In this document: positions 60,938 to 64,000 of the stretch, piece by piece | How positions within the stretch are numbered: the first letter of the stretch is position 1 | How the letters are laid out: each line of letters begins with the position of its first letter | Source: Squalus acanthias | Lineage: Eukaryota | Length of the DNA stretch: 64,000 bases | Direction: 5' to 3' | NCBI GenBank assembly: GCA_030390025.1 | Contig: CM059432.1 | Location: forward strand, 40,860,001 to 40,924,000 | Translations under genes and position numbers: made by a program | Notes under the pieces: model-generated | Told to the model about the DNA's origin: nothing | Seen by the model: the letters and a program-made list of their open reading frames with translations, nothing else | Databases searched by the model: none

Positions 60938-63545
60938 TGATATAAGAGGCTGGATGGAGGTAAACATGTTGGATTTTGTTAGATGATCAGCCAGGAAGAC
61001 CCGTTTTTCACTTGCCATATGCTTTCCACTGGTCGAACTCTTGTCACTAAAAGCACTGCACCGAGATTAGCACTGTTTCCGAATGCCTCTTGCTGATATC
61101 ATGGCATGATGCCACTATGTAGATGTTGACATAGTGATGATGTCATGACATAACACATTTTATTGCACCAGCTGTTGGTTGATGACATCAGAATGCATTT
61201 GGGTTGTACATGTGGAACACCTATTTGTCATGGTTGCTTTGTGTAAGGTATTGCATTCTGCTGGCAGTGTAAGTGCATTGAAAATTTGGAAGAGCAAAGC
61301 TCTCCCAAATTCAACCTAAGTAATATAAAGGAATCTTATTTTAATTGTTTTAAATTCCGTAGACTGCTGTGACCCAATGTATTTTTGTATTGCAACATTC
61401 TTGCAATGTTTTGTATTTATTTGAATTGAAATTCCTATATCAGTTTTTAGTATACATGCATTTCGTTCATTCCTGCTAACTGAATTACTTTTAGCTCTAA
61501 AGTTCACCAGCGCATCCAATCATGTATGAGCAATAGCTTTTTTTGTGTGGGATTGGGGTGCAGATGGCGAGAGACGAAGAGGAGATAAATGACATCTTTT
61601 TGGAGTCAAGGTGGCTCCAGGACGTCACAATGGAAGCTTGGAACCAAGTTAACTCTCTGTGGCAGACTCGGTAATCTTATATGTCAGGTGGGCCTGCAGT
61701 ACACCAGGGTACTGTTGATGGTTGACCAACTGGCATGGCTCATTAATGGAACCTGGAGGGATAGATCTATCTCCGAAGGCAGAGATTTTTTCCTAGTTAG
61801 CTCCAGAGAGCACTGTGAGCCCATGTTCTAACACAAAGGGTGATCCTGACTAGACAAACAGCAGTAGCACATCTTTGGTGAACTAAACTGTGCCAGATTT
61901 CTCTGGACTTGGATAAATGGCGTATATCCCTTTGGGGAGAAAGTGTACTGTACTTTATATTATGCAAACAGAAACTACTGTTCTCAATAACTTGGTTTGG
62001 AGACTCTTAAACATGGTAATAGATTTCTGTGCATGTCAAACACCCAGGCAACCCAAAAGAAAATGATCAGTATATTTGGTTGTGGTTTGTTTAATGTATT
62101 TGATTTCCTTTGAACGTTCTGTCAAATTATAGCTTTATATAATGAAAGATTTTCTAGAATGTGAAATATTTTAGAAACTGTACCATTGGCAATTATTCCT
62201 AATATATATTTAGAATTTTGTTGTGGACTACTCCAGGTGAATTAGATCATGTGGGAAATAGTAATTAACTTGATGACAATTGTCTGCTGTATCTGGCTGA
62301 ATTACAGTTACAGTGTGCTACTCCCTTGATGGCTCAGCTGCTAGGGCAGTGAGTACTTGAGCCATATGGAAGGGCTCATGTTAGATCCTCAGTCTATGCT
62401 GAATTAGCTGATGCATAGCAATACAATACGGAAACAGGCCATTTGGCCAAACCAGTCTGTGTCGTTGTTTACCCTCTACGCGAGCAAATAGTTCAAATCA
62501 CATTTACCCACCTTGTTCCCATATCCCTTCAACTCTCTTTTCCTTCAACTGCCTATCCAATCTATGGTGCGGTGGCAGGATTGGCATCATTGCCCTTGGA
62601 TTAGGTAGGTGAAAATTGGCCAGCGTTCTTGTTATCCAGCACCCCTTGTTGGGAGTGTATGTGTGTGGAGGATGTTGGATGAGGGCAGGATGAAGCTCAG
62701 TTGTCTTCTGCAGTCAGATAGTGTGCTGACACGCAATGGTGAAATGGGTGAGGTAGCTGATGGCATCCAGTGCCTGGAGAACCTAACAAGGAGTCGATGC
62801 CTTAGGAGGAAGAAGAGAAAATAATGGGAAACAAGGAAAGAAAAAGTATTGGACTATGTTGTAGCTTAAGTCACTCAGTACAAAAATTCCACCCCCCACA
62901 TTTTTTTTTAATCAGGATGTTTCCATTATATACAGACATTTTAACTTTTGCCATTTGCTCTCCTGATGGTGACATGCTAGGGCACTGTGGCCCATTACAT
63001 AAGTGGTCATTCTTCATGTGTGACCCTGGACAGTGGGTGTCAGCAGGCTGTTTGACCATGAGGTGTATCACAGCTGAGCCTGCACCTAATGTCAAATGTG
63101 CATTTCTTTGCAGGGATCTTACTGAATATTTTTTCTTCTTCCTTTGCCTGGAGATGTTAAAATTAGTTATTGTGCTCCTATAGTGTTCAGGTAACTCAGG
63201 TTTGATCCCTAGATCTATGCTAATATTCTCTTCGTCTGACAATATTGCGTTTATTCACTGAGCCAACTGTTTAGTTTGTTCTGGGCAAGAGTGGTTGATT
63301 TATTGAACGCGAATCCTATTTGCACATAATTGGTGAGTAATATCCAGCATGGAGCAGATTTGACCGAGTTTGGGAGTTAACCCTGATAAAATATTAGTAA
63401 TAAATATAGGTAACTTGGGTTCCATTTTACAGCATTACACCATTTTAAGTTACAGAAATACTTTAAGACGATGTAGAGTTTTTCAGAAAAAAACTCTAGC
63501 ATTTATTGGAGGTTTCTATTTCCTGCCATTGAGTCAAAAAATTAT

Positions 63546-64000
63546 TGCCCAGAATTTTCTGAAAAATAATGGCATGTGAACGACGCACGCCGTTATTAAT
63601 GGGCAAATTAGCCAGCAGCTTGTGGCGAGGAAGAAATAACCTATGAATTGCGAATCGCCACAAGCTGCTGGTCGATTTGCACCGCTCCGCCGTTAGCTTC
63701 GCGTAAACGGCATCACGCCCTTAACCACCCCATGATTTTCATGCAGTTGCTGTATTTGCACATTAATTGCCCATTAAATGGGCTACAGAAAGCGAAGTCT
63801 AGTAATTAATAGCATAAATACCCTTTTGATGACGTGATAGTTGTTAATTGCCAATCAATCTCTCTCGCCTAGAAAGTGAACGATTAAAAGTGTGGAGTGT
63901 GGAGTCTTATTCCTTCAGGTAGTGAGTTGCTTTGGAGATTTTAAAAATATCAAATTTTAGAATGTTTTTCTTTCTTTTCCTTTCTGTCTCTAACTCTCTC
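63546..64000. mobile_element. MITE related to 3798-4564, inverted, truncated by the window end
   Basis: reverse complement of 63841-64000 aligns with about 4100-4260 (GAGACAGAAA…GACTCCACAC…GAGAG.TTGA.TGGCA). Confidence 0.6.

Noticed and set aside
56957..64000. VIRMA exon 2
   Set aside because: No match to the expected HIDVVRFPCVVYINEVRVIPPG peptide was seen; intron 1 appears to extend past 64000.

Overview
Vertebrate genomic DNA, most likely from a cartilaginous fish (shark-type CR1/L2 LINEs, a SacSINE1-like Deu-domain SINE and Penelope remnants). The window holds coding exons 1-13 of ESRP1 on the minus strand (ATG at 45507; 1826 coding nt, all GT-AG, phases consistent; the 3' exons lie off the left edge). 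It also holds coding exon 1 of VIRMA/KIAA1429 on the plus strand (ATG at 56897, in a CpG-rich ETS promoter). The two genes are divergent, about 11.4 kb apart. Introns and intergenic DNA are packed with decayed, often nested transposable elements. Most notable: (1) small Penelope-derived inserts carrying minimal hammerhead-ribozyme cores; two have target-site duplications and a 5' junction or inversion pivot right at the ribozyme core, and one forms a 144-bp near-perfect palindrome; (2) a U12 minor-spliceosome intron in ESRP1 with a strong U2-type acceptor 41 nt inside it; (3) the tandem 'CKLP' splice donors of exon 12 followed by a UGG-rich, ESRP-type binding cluster. No prokaryotic systems, CRISPR arrays or rRNA/tRNA genes are supported. 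Family names come from recall, not from database searches, and repeat boundaries are approximate.
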